The translations under genes were made by a program, and so were the position numbers. This document shows positions 20,660 to 29,032 of a DNA stretch of 64,000 nt, piece after piece; position 1 is the first letter of the stretch, and the number at the start of each line of letters is the position of its first letter. The notes under the pieces were generated by a model, which searched no databases, was not told where the DNA came from, and saw only the letters and a program-made list of their open reading frames with translations. This DNA comes from a bacterium (GTDB lineage Bacteria; UBP15; UBA6099), in the NCBI GenBank assembly GCA_029564595.1, contig JAKQPS010000113.1:32227-96226 (forward strand), written 5' to 3'.

Positions 20660-20809
20660 TTACTCATCGTTATCCGTCCACTAATATGCACTATCGTTGC
20701 CAAGGTCGTTACTCATCATTGCCAAGACCGTTACTCATCGTTGCCCGCCCACTAATATCCACTATCGTTGCCAAGTCCGTTACACATCGTTGCCAAGGTC
20801 GTTATTCAT
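20660..20809. repeat. Tandem array of degenerate 22-bp units (consensus TTACTCATCGTTGCCAAGGTCG) with 49+22 higher-order period
   Basis: Units at 20660-20708 (49 bp), 20709-20730 (22), 20731-20779 (49) and 20780-20801 (22). A fifth unit from 20802 runs into a palindrome. Confidence 0.9.
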
Positions 20810-20903
20810 CGTTGCCAAGGTCTCCTTGGCAACGCAGAACCAATGACAATGAAAGCGGAGCTTCCGGCTCATCCGTTACCAAGGCAACCTTGGTAACGAT
20901 GAA
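20805..20903. repeat. REP-doublet (REPIN)-like element
   Basis: Hairpins CGTTGCCAAGG-tct-CCTTGGCAACG (20810-20834) and CGTTACCAAGG-caa-CCTTGGTAACG (20874-20898); outer ends TTCATCG...CGATGAA are inverted. Confidence 0.8.
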
Positions 20904-20978
20904 AGAATTACTGTATTCTAGCATCAATCACGCATCCCCTGACAATTGCCGCATGCTAATAAGCGTTACCTTGTCATC

Positions 20979-22145
20979 TTACGAAGATGATTGATTGCGT
21001 TTTATCCATCCATATCCATGATTTTTGCTGATACTATTTGCGACATCCAGTATAATGCGTAAGTCTGTTGTAGGATAATTATTCATCAATTCTACGATTG
21101 GAACACATGTCTGCTTACTATCATCCGTGTTTAATATACTATCAGTAGAAACATCGATTGTATTCTGTTCATAATTTCTTAAAAACCAATTCTCCATTAC
21201 TAACCTCAACATTTGATTTTCAAACAGATATTTTATCCTATCATTTTTTGATATCGTATTATCCATCTTCAGCGCTTCTACGATTTTGCTTTGAGATTGG
21301 TCATCAAGTCCAACACTAGTGTGTTTTGTGATACCCCTAATAAAATATTCGTATGAGACAAAATGAATATCCTTGCCAGTTTCTGCTTTATACTCTTTAC
21401 GAAGTTCAGGTCTTGGACCGATTCTTTGTCCATTGATAAGTAGCCACCAGTCTTCTTTGTCATCTTGAGTGACAAATAATGTATGCTGGTTACGCTTACC
21501 CATTTCATTTATTGTTTGTTTCCAAATTAAGAAATCTCCATATTTATTTTCTCCTTCTTTATTATTGTCACAATAACCGGGCGGCGTTTTTTTAGAATAT
21601 CTACCATCTGCTTCTTTAAACAAATCTCTCAAATCATCGTCATTGAAATGTTGTCCGATACGACCTCGCATAATGCATATTATCCTGTCCAAATAAGGGT
21701 CTTTGTATCTTGATATAGGATATTTTTCAATGTCATCCTTAATTCTTTTTTTAGCTTCAGATAACACCTTCTCTATGTTTTTGTTTAACTCATCCCATTG
21801 TATTACCGAATTTGATCCTTGAGATCCATCAATACTGTTGATAATGTTTTTTAATACTACATCGATATCGTTAAAATATTTGCTAACTTTCTTTGCTTCC
21901 GTTATTTGATCGTCTATTAATTTAATCCGGGCATCGAAAAACTCCTTTGCAACCTGATGTGGCACCCATATCCTTCCTAATATCTTCTCGTTTTCAATTG
22001 TTTTTATAAGACCTTCCCTTTCTTTTGTTTGAAGCCGATAAATATTTAAGTAAATATTCGTATCAAATATTATAGTTCCATTGTTCCAAATATCTTTTAA
22101 CTCATCTTCTGAAAGCGGCCACAAATGCTTAAACTGGTCAGGCAT
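20979..22145 (-). CDS. PIN-like domain protein (DUF4935/PIN_8-type), AT-rich
   Basis: IIFDTNIYL, IWVPHQVAKEF, PPGY.D, YGDFLIWKQ, FVTQDDKEDWW, GPRPEL..E; visibly more AT-rich than flanks. Confidence 0.85.
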   Translation of the reverse strand: MPDQFKHLWPLSEDELKDIWNNGTIIFDTNIYLNIYRLQTKEREGLIKTIENEKILGRIWVPHQVAKEFFDARIKLIDDQITEAKKVSKYFNDIDVVLKNIINSIDGSQGSNSVIQWDELNKNIEKVLSEAKKRIKDDIEKYPISRYKDPYLDRIICIMRGRIGQHFNDDDLRDLFKEADGRYSKKTPPGYCDNNKEGENKYGDFLIWKQTINEMGKRNQHTLFVTQDDKEDWWLLINGQRIGPRPELRKEYKAETGKDIHFVSYEYFIRGITKHTSVGLDDQSQSKIVEALKMDNTISKNDRIKYLFENQMLRLVMENWFLRNYEQNTIDVSTDSILNTDDSKQTCVPIVELMNNYPTTDLRIILDVANSISKNHGYGWIKRNQSSS

Positions 22146-22323
22146 AAATCACCGTATTCTTAAAATTATTGCATATCTCAAAACACACTCTGTGACGACT
22201 AATATAATATATTAAATCTAATTGTCAGTAAATACAACAAGCAACATGATAAGATCGAATAGCAACATAAGAATTCGTCTCTATTCACTCGATTCGCATC
22301 TATTACAGCAGAGCCATGTTTAC

Positions 22324-22356
22324 TCATCGTTACCAAGGTGACCTTGGTAACGATGA
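22324..22356. repeat. Single REP-like palindrome, same family as 20805-20903
   Basis: TCATCGTTACCAAGG-tga-CCTTGGTAACGATGA perfect 15-bp stem, preceded by TTAC as in the array units. Confidence 0.85.
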
Positions 22357-22519
22357 AAATATTGTGTCGTTCATTGTGGCGGGTTCACGCTCCCGTGCGT
22401 GGCTTTCAAACCCGGTGCGGGCGCGCGAAATAAAAGAAAATGGGGACAATCAGCGCGGTTTTTCGCGATGGGTGTCCCCTTTTTTCGGTTCTGTTATAAC
22501 TGCTCGCTGCCGATTCAGT

Positions 22520-23719
22520 TCACAGCAGGGCCATGCCTTTGATGGTCATTATCTCGTTTGTGGCGTCCATGATTTGCAGCAGTTTTGCGTCTCGCATGTA
22601 TTTCTCCAAGTTGTATTCTTTGGAGATGCCGTAACCGCCGAGTATCTGGACCATTTCAACGGTGTGCTTCATTGCAAGGTTGGTGGCAAAGACGCGGGCG
22701 GCGGCGGAAAGCTTGAGGTCGCCCATGAATTTGTTGGCGAGCGTCCAAGAGGCTTTCCAGAGGAGTCCGCGCGCGGCTTCTATCGCCTGATACGCCTCGA
22801 ACAGCCTGAAGCCTATTGCCTGATGCTGGAATATCGGTTTGCCGAACTGCACTCGCTCTTTGGCGTACTGCAACGCTTCTTCATACGCGGCGCGCATCAG
22901 CCCGACAGCCAGATATCCGACGCCGATGTTGCCGACTGTCTTTATCGCGTTGTGGATGGTGGGATAGCCGTCTCCGGGCGGCATTATCATGTTGCCCTCC
23001 GGGATGCGCGCGCCGTCGAAGCACACTTCGCCCTGATTCAACGCTCTCATGCCCAGCTTGTCCATGGATTTGCCGCGTTCGACGCCCTGCCCCAGCGGAA
23101 CAAGAAAAACGCCTGAACCTTTTATCCCCTTCGACGGGTCCACGCAGGCGAACACGAGGAACAGGTCGGCTATGCTGCCGTTGCTGACGAAGCTGGATTT
23201 TGCTCCGGTGATGACGTATTCGGAGCCTTCTTTTTTCGCGGATGTTTCGTGATGGACGCACGGGTCGTAGTAATTGCTGCCGTCCGAGCCGATGTTGCCT
23301 TCGGAGCTGCCCCATGCGGATATGTGCTCGGCTTTGGTGTCATCGCAGTAAGGAACGACATGTTTTTCGATGAGTTCTTTTTTGCCGCCGGCAAGAACGC
23401 TGAGGAACGCGGGGGCGACCATTCCGGCGAGCAGAGTGGCGGGAATGCCCACGCCGCCGACAGCGAGTTCTTCCCAGACCAGCGCGGTGCTAAGCGGGTC
23501 AAGCCCAAGCCCGCCGTGCTGGACGTTTATCGTCATCTTATGGAATCCCAACTCGTAAGCCTGCCTTAAAGTGTTCCTGAATTCAGGGCTGGCGTATGCC
23601 TCGTCCGGATTCTGCATTTTATCTATGGCAAGCTCGGCGGGCCTTATCACCTCGCGGGCGAACTTCTTTGCCATCTTCTGCAACTCAAGCTGTTCCTGCG
23701 TCGGTTTGAAATCAATCAT
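22520..23719 (-). CDS. Acyl-CoA dehydrogenase
   Basis: SEG.IGSD, ITGAKSSFVSNG, KLGMR, YAKERVQFGKPI..HQ, QILGGYG, EKYMRDAK. Confidence 0.95.
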   Translation of the reverse strand: MIDFKPTQEQLELQKMAKKFAREVIRPAELAIDKMQNPDEAYASPEFRNTLRQAYELGFHKMTINVQHGGLGLDPLSTALVWEELAVGGVGIPATLLAGMVAPAFLSVLAGGKKELIEKHVVPYCDDTKAEHISAWGSSEGNIGSDGSNYYDPCVHHETSAKKEGSEYVITGAKSSFVSNGSIADLFLVFACVDPSKGIKGSGVFLVPLGQGVERGKSMDKLGMRALNQGEVCFDGARIPEGNMIMPPGDGYPTIHNAIKTVGNIGVGYLAVGLMRAAYEEALQYAKERVQFGKPIFQHQAIGFRLFEAYQAIEAARGLLWKASWTLANKFMGDLKLSAAARVFATNLAMKHTVEMVQILGGYGISKEYNLEKYMRDAKLLQIMDATNEIMTIKGMALL

Positions 23720-24486
23720 TTCTCGAACCCCCAGTCAGTTCTTGCGAACGAGTAAGGAAGGAAAGCGTCCGGGTCGGCCTCGCCGACGACTTCGCCGGGA
23801 TGCATGATGGTGTCGCTTGTGAAGAAATATGCCGCCACCGGGCGCTTGCAGACGATTTCGCTCCAAGAGTCGTGCGCGGAAGGCTCGAATGTGATTTTGC
23901 CCATGCCCATCTCGAAAGAATGATAGACGATTTCCGTCCGCTGCCTGACGAGAAGAATCGGGCCGTCGAAGCCGGGTTTGAGGTCGGCGCGGGGCATGAA
24001 CTTGAAGAGGAAACTGGGGCCGACTTTGAGTGGCGGCTCGGCCATTTTGACAGCCAGTTCAGCCCTGATGGTCGCGAATCTAACACCTCTGCGCTCGACG
24101 GTTCCTTCGACAACTTTGTCTTCGCGGTTCAGAGTTATCTTCGCGGTTTTCTTCGGGAATCCGTAGATTTCCCGTCCGTTGAAAATCCGGTCGTCGTCGC
24201 CGTCGAGGGGCATGGACAGGCAGTAGTTGCCGACCTCGCCTTTATATTGGCACCTGATGAAAAGAGCGCACTCCCTGTATCCCGGCCCGAGGTTCGTGTC
24301 CGGAAAGTTCGAGATATAGGAAAGCGCCCACGGCTCGGCCGCAGGCTCCAATGGAGGCGGCAGAAGTTTCGCTATCACATCCGCTTCCGTCTCGTACATG
24401 ATGCCGAGCATCTGCGCCCCGTCGAACCTTCGTGTTGCGAATCCATAATAATTTTCAATTTCCTCTTTGCTTCTGATGAACCCCAT
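23716..24486 (-). CDS. Acetoacetate decarboxylase family protein
   Basis: LLPPPLEP, GPGYRECA, GREIYGFPKK (Schiff-base Lys motif); GAGGAGG RBS before ATG at 24486. Confidence 0.9.
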   Translation of the reverse strand: MGFIRSKEEIENYYGFATRRFDGAQMLGIMYETEADVIAKLLPPPLEPAAEPWALSYISNFPDTNLGPGYRECALFIRCQYKGEVGNYCLSMPLDGDDDRIFNGREIYGFPKKTAKITLNREDKVVEGTVERRGVRFATIRAELAVKMAEPPLKVGPSFLFKFMPRADLKPGFDGPILLVRQRTEIVYHSFEMGMGKITFEPSAHDSWSEIVCKRPVAAYFFTSDTIMHPGEVVGEADPDAFLPYSFARTDWGFEK

Positions 24487-24563
24487 TTCCCAACCTCCTC
24501 TTAGTGTTTGAGCCGTCCGCTCGAAGCTTTCTACAGCCGTTCGCGTCCGGATTTTATTTGCTT

Positions 24564-27137
24564 TTAGGCGATATACTGCTCTGTGCGGGCTATCACCTCG
24601 TCCTGAATCTCCCTGCCGAGTTCGGTGAAATAAGCGCTGTATCCGCCGACTTTCACTATCAGGTCGCGGTGCGCGTCCGGGTCTTGCTGGGCTTCGCGCA
24701 TGGTTTCGGAAGACACGACGGTGGGCTGCAACTGAGCGCCGCCCATCTTGAAATATGCGCGTATGAGCGCGGCCCATTTCTTCCTCGCTTCTTGCGTTCC
24801 GCCGACGGCGGAGGGATGAAACTTCATGTTCACCGCCGCGCCTAGTATCTGCGTAAAATCAAGCGAGGCGACCGACCGCATAGCCGCAGTCACGCCATTC
24901 TTTTCGACGTTGTATGGATTGCAGCTCGCGGCGTACGGGGTCGCTGCGCGGCGTCCGTCGGGCGTGGCTATGGACAGCCTGCCGTCTATCGTGTGAGTGG
25001 TCATGCTTATCACGTACGGGACGAAGACACCGCCCCGGCTGGTCTTGTATTTGTAAGTTTCATCGAACATCGCGTTTGTCACCCGCCGCGCCAACTCGTC
25101 TGTCTCCGCGAAACCGTTCCCCCATTTTCCTTCAATTCCGGCTATCTCGCGCCGAAGGTCCTCGAGTCCGGCATAGTTCACGTTTATCGCCTCGATTATT
25201 TCGCGGAGCGCGAACTTGCGTTTTTCGAAAACGAGTTTTTTTATCACTAGAAGAGAGTCGGAAACGTTGGCGATGCTGTTAATGAAGGAAATGCCGCTGA
25301 GGTCGTACAGAGCGCCGCCGTTGACGACATCCCTGCCCTTTTCCGCGCATCCCTGCATGAACGCCGAGATCAGAGGAGCGGGAAGCATGTCGGCGAAGAC
25401 ATCGTCCTTGATATTCGACGCGTCGGCGATGAGTTTTATCTGATGCCGCGCCTGCTTGAGAAAAGCATCCTCGAAACTCTCGTAAGAGTCGAACGATTCA
25501 GGCTCGCCGGTCTTGAGTCCGACGTTTTTGATAAGGCCCATCATGGTGAGCGAGTTGCCGTTGCGCAAAGTTAGGTCGAGCAGCCGGGAAAGAAGAAGAG
25601 CCGAGGCGCTCATGCCGCCGGTCTTGCCCGGACACAGCATCTCGACGCAGCCCATCACGGCGTAGTCGCGGGCGTCAGCGTCGGAAAAACCGTGCCGCCG
25701 CATCGACTCGACATTGATATCGTCGTTGAAAAGAGAAATATTCGAGCCGCCCGTGAAAACCGCTTCCGCCGCCGCCGGAAGCAAGTCTTCAGGAGAATCC
25801 TTGTGCACGCGGAGAGAAACGTTGGTCACCGCTTTGGCTCTCGCGGCCGCTTCCAAGAACAGATAAGTCAATTCGTTTGTGCCGTCCGTCCCATCGGGTT
25901 TCACCCCGCCCACTGTGACAGGCGATGAACCGAGGAACCGGTGATAGAAATTGCTCAGCATGTTCGATTCCGGGCGTATGTTCTGGGACATTGTTTTGAG
26001 CAAAAGCTCTTCGAGCGCCGCGCGCGCTTCCTCCCGCGTTATTACTCCGGCCTCGATGTCTTTTTTGTAATAAGGATAAAATATCTGATCCATCCTGCCG
26101 AAGCTGTGGAGGTTGACCGGATGAGCAAGCTCCACCGCCGTCTTGACCGTCCACGCCGCTTGAACAGCCTGCATGAAAGTCTCCGACGGCATCAAGGGAG
26201 CGGTTTTGCAGTTTTCCAATGCGGCGCGAAGAGCGACTCTGCATTCCGGGACAAGTTCGTCTTCGAGCGCGGCTTTAACGGCGTCTGCCAGCCTGCGCGC
26301 GAAAACAATGGCGCCGTCTAGAGCCATTTCAACAGAGCGGTGAAAAGCCCGCGTTTCATCGTCCGCCGCAGCCGCGATCCTTTGCGCGGCCTCTTCCTTC
26401 ATCTTTAAAAGCCCTTTTTTTACTACCGTGTCGAAATCAATTATCACGTGCCCCTGATAAGAGGATATCGTCGAGCAGATCGACACCATCATAGTCTGCC
26501 GGGAGGTGATAGTTGGCAGCGCGAGACTGAATTCCCGCATGTCGTCGCCGAGCAGACCTGACGACATCAACCGACGGTCTACCTCTTCGACGACCGTTTT
26601 TCCCTCCCAGAACGGAAGAAGCTCGTTTACAAGAACTTTCCTGTCTTCCGGATCAATCACATATCTATTTATCTCGCGCTCGTCCATCGTTTTTATTTCA
26701 AGGTTCATGGGCTGCTGCCCGGCGGCGCGGGACGCTTTCATGTTTCGCGCGAAATCCCGCAGACCGCGTTTGCCGACAAGATACGAAAGAGCGCCGCCTA
26801 GAGACTTGAATCTGAATCTCATTATCGATCCGCGCGCAAGCTCGGTTTTAAAAACCCCGTTGAACACTCCCCGCTCAATGTCGATTGGGATGCCCATGAA
26901 ATCTTCCGTCCAGTATCCCGCGATGAGGTCTTCCGGCTCGACATGCATGTCCATGTTTTCATACACGTTCTTCATAGCGAGAGCCACGCGCTCGCCTGCG
27001 GTCAGTCCGGAGCCTTCCGTCTTCCTCCAGCTTTCGGTGTAATATTTCGCGCGCTGGATTGAAATCTTCGGAGTCTCCAGAATATACCTGTCGCGCAACT
27101 CGGCAATCCGGTTTTTGTTTTTCTCAAGAGTCAGCAT
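24564..27137 (-). CDS. Glycyl radical enzyme (PFL2/GRE superfamily) of unknown substrate
   Basis: ISIQRAKYYTES, SFGRMDQ, Cys loop VMGCVE, ATPDGRRA, Gly loop DLIVKVGGYSAYF. Confidence 0.92.
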   Translation of the reverse strand: MLTLEKNKNRIAELRDRYILETPKISIQRAKYYTESWRKTEGSGLTAGERVALAMKNVYENMDMHVEPEDLIAGYWTEDFMGIPIDIERGVFNGVFKTELARGSIMRFRFKSLGGALSYLVGKRGLRDFARNMKASRAAGQQPMNLEIKTMDEREINRYVIDPEDRKVLVNELLPFWEGKTVVEEVDRRLMSSGLLGDDMREFSLALPTITSRQTMMVSICSTISSYQGHVIIDFDTVVKKGLLKMKEEAAQRIAAAADDETRAFHRSVEMALDGAIVFARRLADAVKAALEDELVPECRVALRAALENCKTAPLMPSETFMQAVQAAWTVKTAVELAHPVNLHSFGRMDQIFYPYYKKDIEAGVITREEARAALEELLLKTMSQNIRPESNMLSNFYHRFLGSSPVTVGGVKPDGTDGTNELTYLFLEAAARAKAVTNVSLRVHKDSPEDLLPAAAEAVFTGGSNISLFNDDINVESMRRHGFSDADARDYAVMGCVEMLCPGKTGGMSASALLLSRLLDLTLRNGNSLTMMGLIKNVGLKTGEPESFDSYESFEDAFLKQARHQIKLIADASNIKDDVFADMLPAPLISAFMQGCAEKGRDVVNGGALYDLSGISFINSIANVSDSLLVIKKLVFEKRKFALREIIEAINVNYAGLEDLRREIAGIEGKWGNGFAETDELARRVTNAMFDETYKYKTSRGGVFVPYVISMTTHTIDGRLSIATPDGRRAATPYAASCNPYNVEKNGVTAAMRSVASLDFTQILGAAVNMKFHPSAVGGTQEARKKWAALIRAYFKMGGAQLQPTVVSSETMREAQQDPDAHRDLIVKVGGYSAYFTELGREIQDEVIARTEQYIA

Positions 27138-27164
27138 CGTTAGTCTCCCTCGCGCGGTCGCGCT

Positions 27165-27839
27165 TCAACCGTCCAGAACCGACGCGTCGGCAAACTTGTC
27201 CAGCATTGCGTCGACCACCATCCTGACATGCTCCCTGCGTTCGGCCAGCGCGCTTTTAGCCAGAGGATCGCCCTTCCACAGCAACTCAAGCGCGGGCGCG
27301 TATGTGTAGTAATTTATCGCCAACCCGAACAGAGTGACGAAAAAATGTCTGGGCGCGACAGCCCCGCCGCCGGGCAGCAAAGCCCCGAACGCGACCTCTC
27401 CCCACCTCTGCAACGGCTCCATGTATTGCGCTATTTTCTCCAAACTCTGCGACCTAGAACATATCTCTCTCTGAATAAGCCGCGCGTAACCGGGATTCAA
27501 CTCCACGAAATCCAGATACGCTTCCATTCCGGCGTGAACCTTCTGCCTCGCAGTCCCTCCCGCGGTCAATGCGCCTATCAATGCCTGCGCCTGCGACTTG
27601 TAGTAAACGTCCAACACGTTGTCAAACAGGTTCTTTTTGCTTTCGAAATAATAGAACACAAGAGCTTTCGCGACTCCCGCCTTCTCCGCAATGTCGTTAA
27701 CGCTCACTCCGTCGTGTCCGCGCTCTATAAACAACTCTTCCGCCGCCCTGAAAATCTTTTCTCTTGCGTCCGGCTCGGACACCTTCGCTTCATTTTCGGT
27801 GACGACGTCTTTTTTCGTTAGTGTGTTCATCTTAATCAC
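27165..27839 (-). CDS. TetR/AcrR family regulator
   Basis: AAEELF.ERG.DGVSV.DIAEKAGVAKALVFYYFESK HTH. Start may be the ATG at 27830. Confidence 0.95.
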   Translation of the reverse strand: MIKMNTLTKKDVVTENEAKVSEPDAREKIFRAAEELFIERGHDGVSVNDIAEKAGVAKALVFYYFESKKNLFDNVLDVYYKSQAQALIGALTAGGTARQKVHAGMEAYLDFVELNPGYARLIQREICSRSQSLEKIAQYMEPLQRWGEVAFGALLPGGGAVAPRHFFVTLFGLAINYYTYAPALELLWKGDPLAKSALAERREHVRMVVDAMLDKFADASVLDG

Positions 27840-27878
27840 CGCCGAAACAGTCGGAGCGCATAATTATTTGCGAACATC

Positions 27879-27934
27879 TTGACCGAATGGTCAACTCCTG
27901 TCATTATGTTAACCGAGCGGTCAAAGACTGTCAA
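27879..27934. promoter_or_regulatory. Two palindromic TetR-type operators overlapping a sigma70-like promoter for tetR
   Basis: TTGACCGAATGGTCAA (27879-27894) and TTAACCGAGCGGTCAA (27909-27924); minus-strand TTGACA-N17-TAACAT starting at 27934. Confidence 0.75.
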
Positions 27935-28006
27935 GACATATCGCCGAATTTAACCTAACCTTTCGCAAATGCTGGAAATAACAAGGTTAGATCGGCGGCA
28001 GGGAGG

Positions 28007-29032
28007 ATGAATAATATGAAAGCGCTTGTCACTGGAGCAGACGGGCTTCTTGGAGGCAACCTAGTCCGGGAAATGATAGAAAGAGGAATCGAAGCGCGGG
28101 CGATAGTGCATCCGAAAAGCCTGTCTCGCACTCTCGACGGTCTTCCGATAGAGCGAATAACCGGAGACATCCTTGACGCCGGAGAGTTGGCAGAAGCGGC
28201 AAAGGGATGCGACGCGGTGTTCCATGTCGCGGCGTCCACCGCTCTCTGGCCGCCCAAGTCTCCCATAATCACCGCCGTGAATGTGGAAGGCACGCGGAAT
28301 ATGCTGGACGCGGCGGTCAAAGCGGGCGTGAAGAGGTTCGTCCATGTCGGTTCCGCCAGTTCGTTCGGGTATGGAACCAAAGAGCGGCCCGGAGACGAGT
28401 CGACTCCTTTTAAATACGCTGATTTCGGTCTAGCCTATTTTGATTCCAAGCTGGAAGCTCAAAGAATCGCGTTGAAGCACGCCGCCGACGGCAAGCTGGA
28501 CGTTGTGGTGGTGAATCCGACATTTATGATAGGCCCGTTCGATTCCGGCCCCAGTTCAGGGAAAATGATTTCTAAATTCGCCGAAATGAGGCCGCCGTTC
28601 TACCCGCCGGGAGGCCGCAACTTCATACACGCGCGAGACGCGGCAAAAGGAATGCTTGCGGCGTGCGAGCGAGGACGGACCGGGGAATGTTACCTTCTGG
28701 GCAACAGGAATATGGATATGAAGGAATTTTTCAGCGAGGTCGCGCGCGTGGCGGGCTTCAAGCCGCCCGCGCTTGAGATTCCCAAAGAGATAATGATGAT
28801 TGCCGGGGCCGCCGGATCGGCTATTAGCAACATAACCGGAAAGCAGCCTGAACTATCCTATGAAATGGCCCGCAGTTCGTGTGTCGGCGCGTATTATAGC
28901 GCCGCGAAGGCGGTCAGAGAGCTTGCCCTGCCGCAGACGCCGATAGAGACGGCGGTGGAGGAAGCGTACGAATGGCTCGCCGAAAACGGGCACATCAAGA
29001 GCGCGCGAGGTCGCGCCGGAAAGAGGCGATGA
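28007..29032 (+). CDS. NAD-dependent epimerase/dehydratase (extended SDR, HpnA/3-beta-HSD-like)
   Basis: ALVTGADGLLG, VFHVAA, YFDSK (YxxxK), VVNPTFMIGP. Confidence 0.9.
   Translation: MNNMKALVTGADGLLGGNLVREMIERGIEARAIVHPKSLSRTLDGLPIERITGDILDAGELAEAAKGCDAVFHVAASTALWPPKSPIITAVNVEGTRNMLDAAVKAGVKRFVHVGSASSFGYGTKERPGDESTPFKYADFGLAYFDSKLEAQRIALKHAADGKLDVVVVNPTFMIGPFDSGPSSGKMISKFAEMRPPFYPPGGRNFIHARDAAKGMLAACERGRTGECYLLGNRNMDMKEFFSEVARVAGFKPPALEIPKEIMMIAGAAGSAISNITGKQPELSYEMARSSCVGAYYSAAKAVRELALPQTPIETAVEEAYEWLAENGHIKSARGRAGKRR

Noticed and set aside
20660..20903. CRISPR array
   Set aside because: No unique spacers: the two inserts are near-identical and other units abut directly. Repeats are degenerate and there are no cas genes.
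20602..20994. 130-aa ORF with repeated RCQGRYSSLPR
   Set aside because: Translation of the DNA repeat array; overlaps both neighbours; no RBS.
20660..22145. Type III toxin-antitoxin (repeat RNA, terminator, toxin)
   Set aside because: The repeats lie 3' of the nuclease gene rather than upstream on the same strand, and the protein is PIN-like, not ToxN/AbiQ-like.
20810..22356. Integron attC sites around the PIN gene
   Set aside because: The palindromes run GTT...AAC, the reverse of attC (RYYYAAC...GTTRRRY). They lack extrahelical bases, and no integrase is present.
24564..27137. Pyruvate formate-lyase (pflB)
   Set aside because: Single Cys (GCVE) rather than the adjacent CC of PFL.
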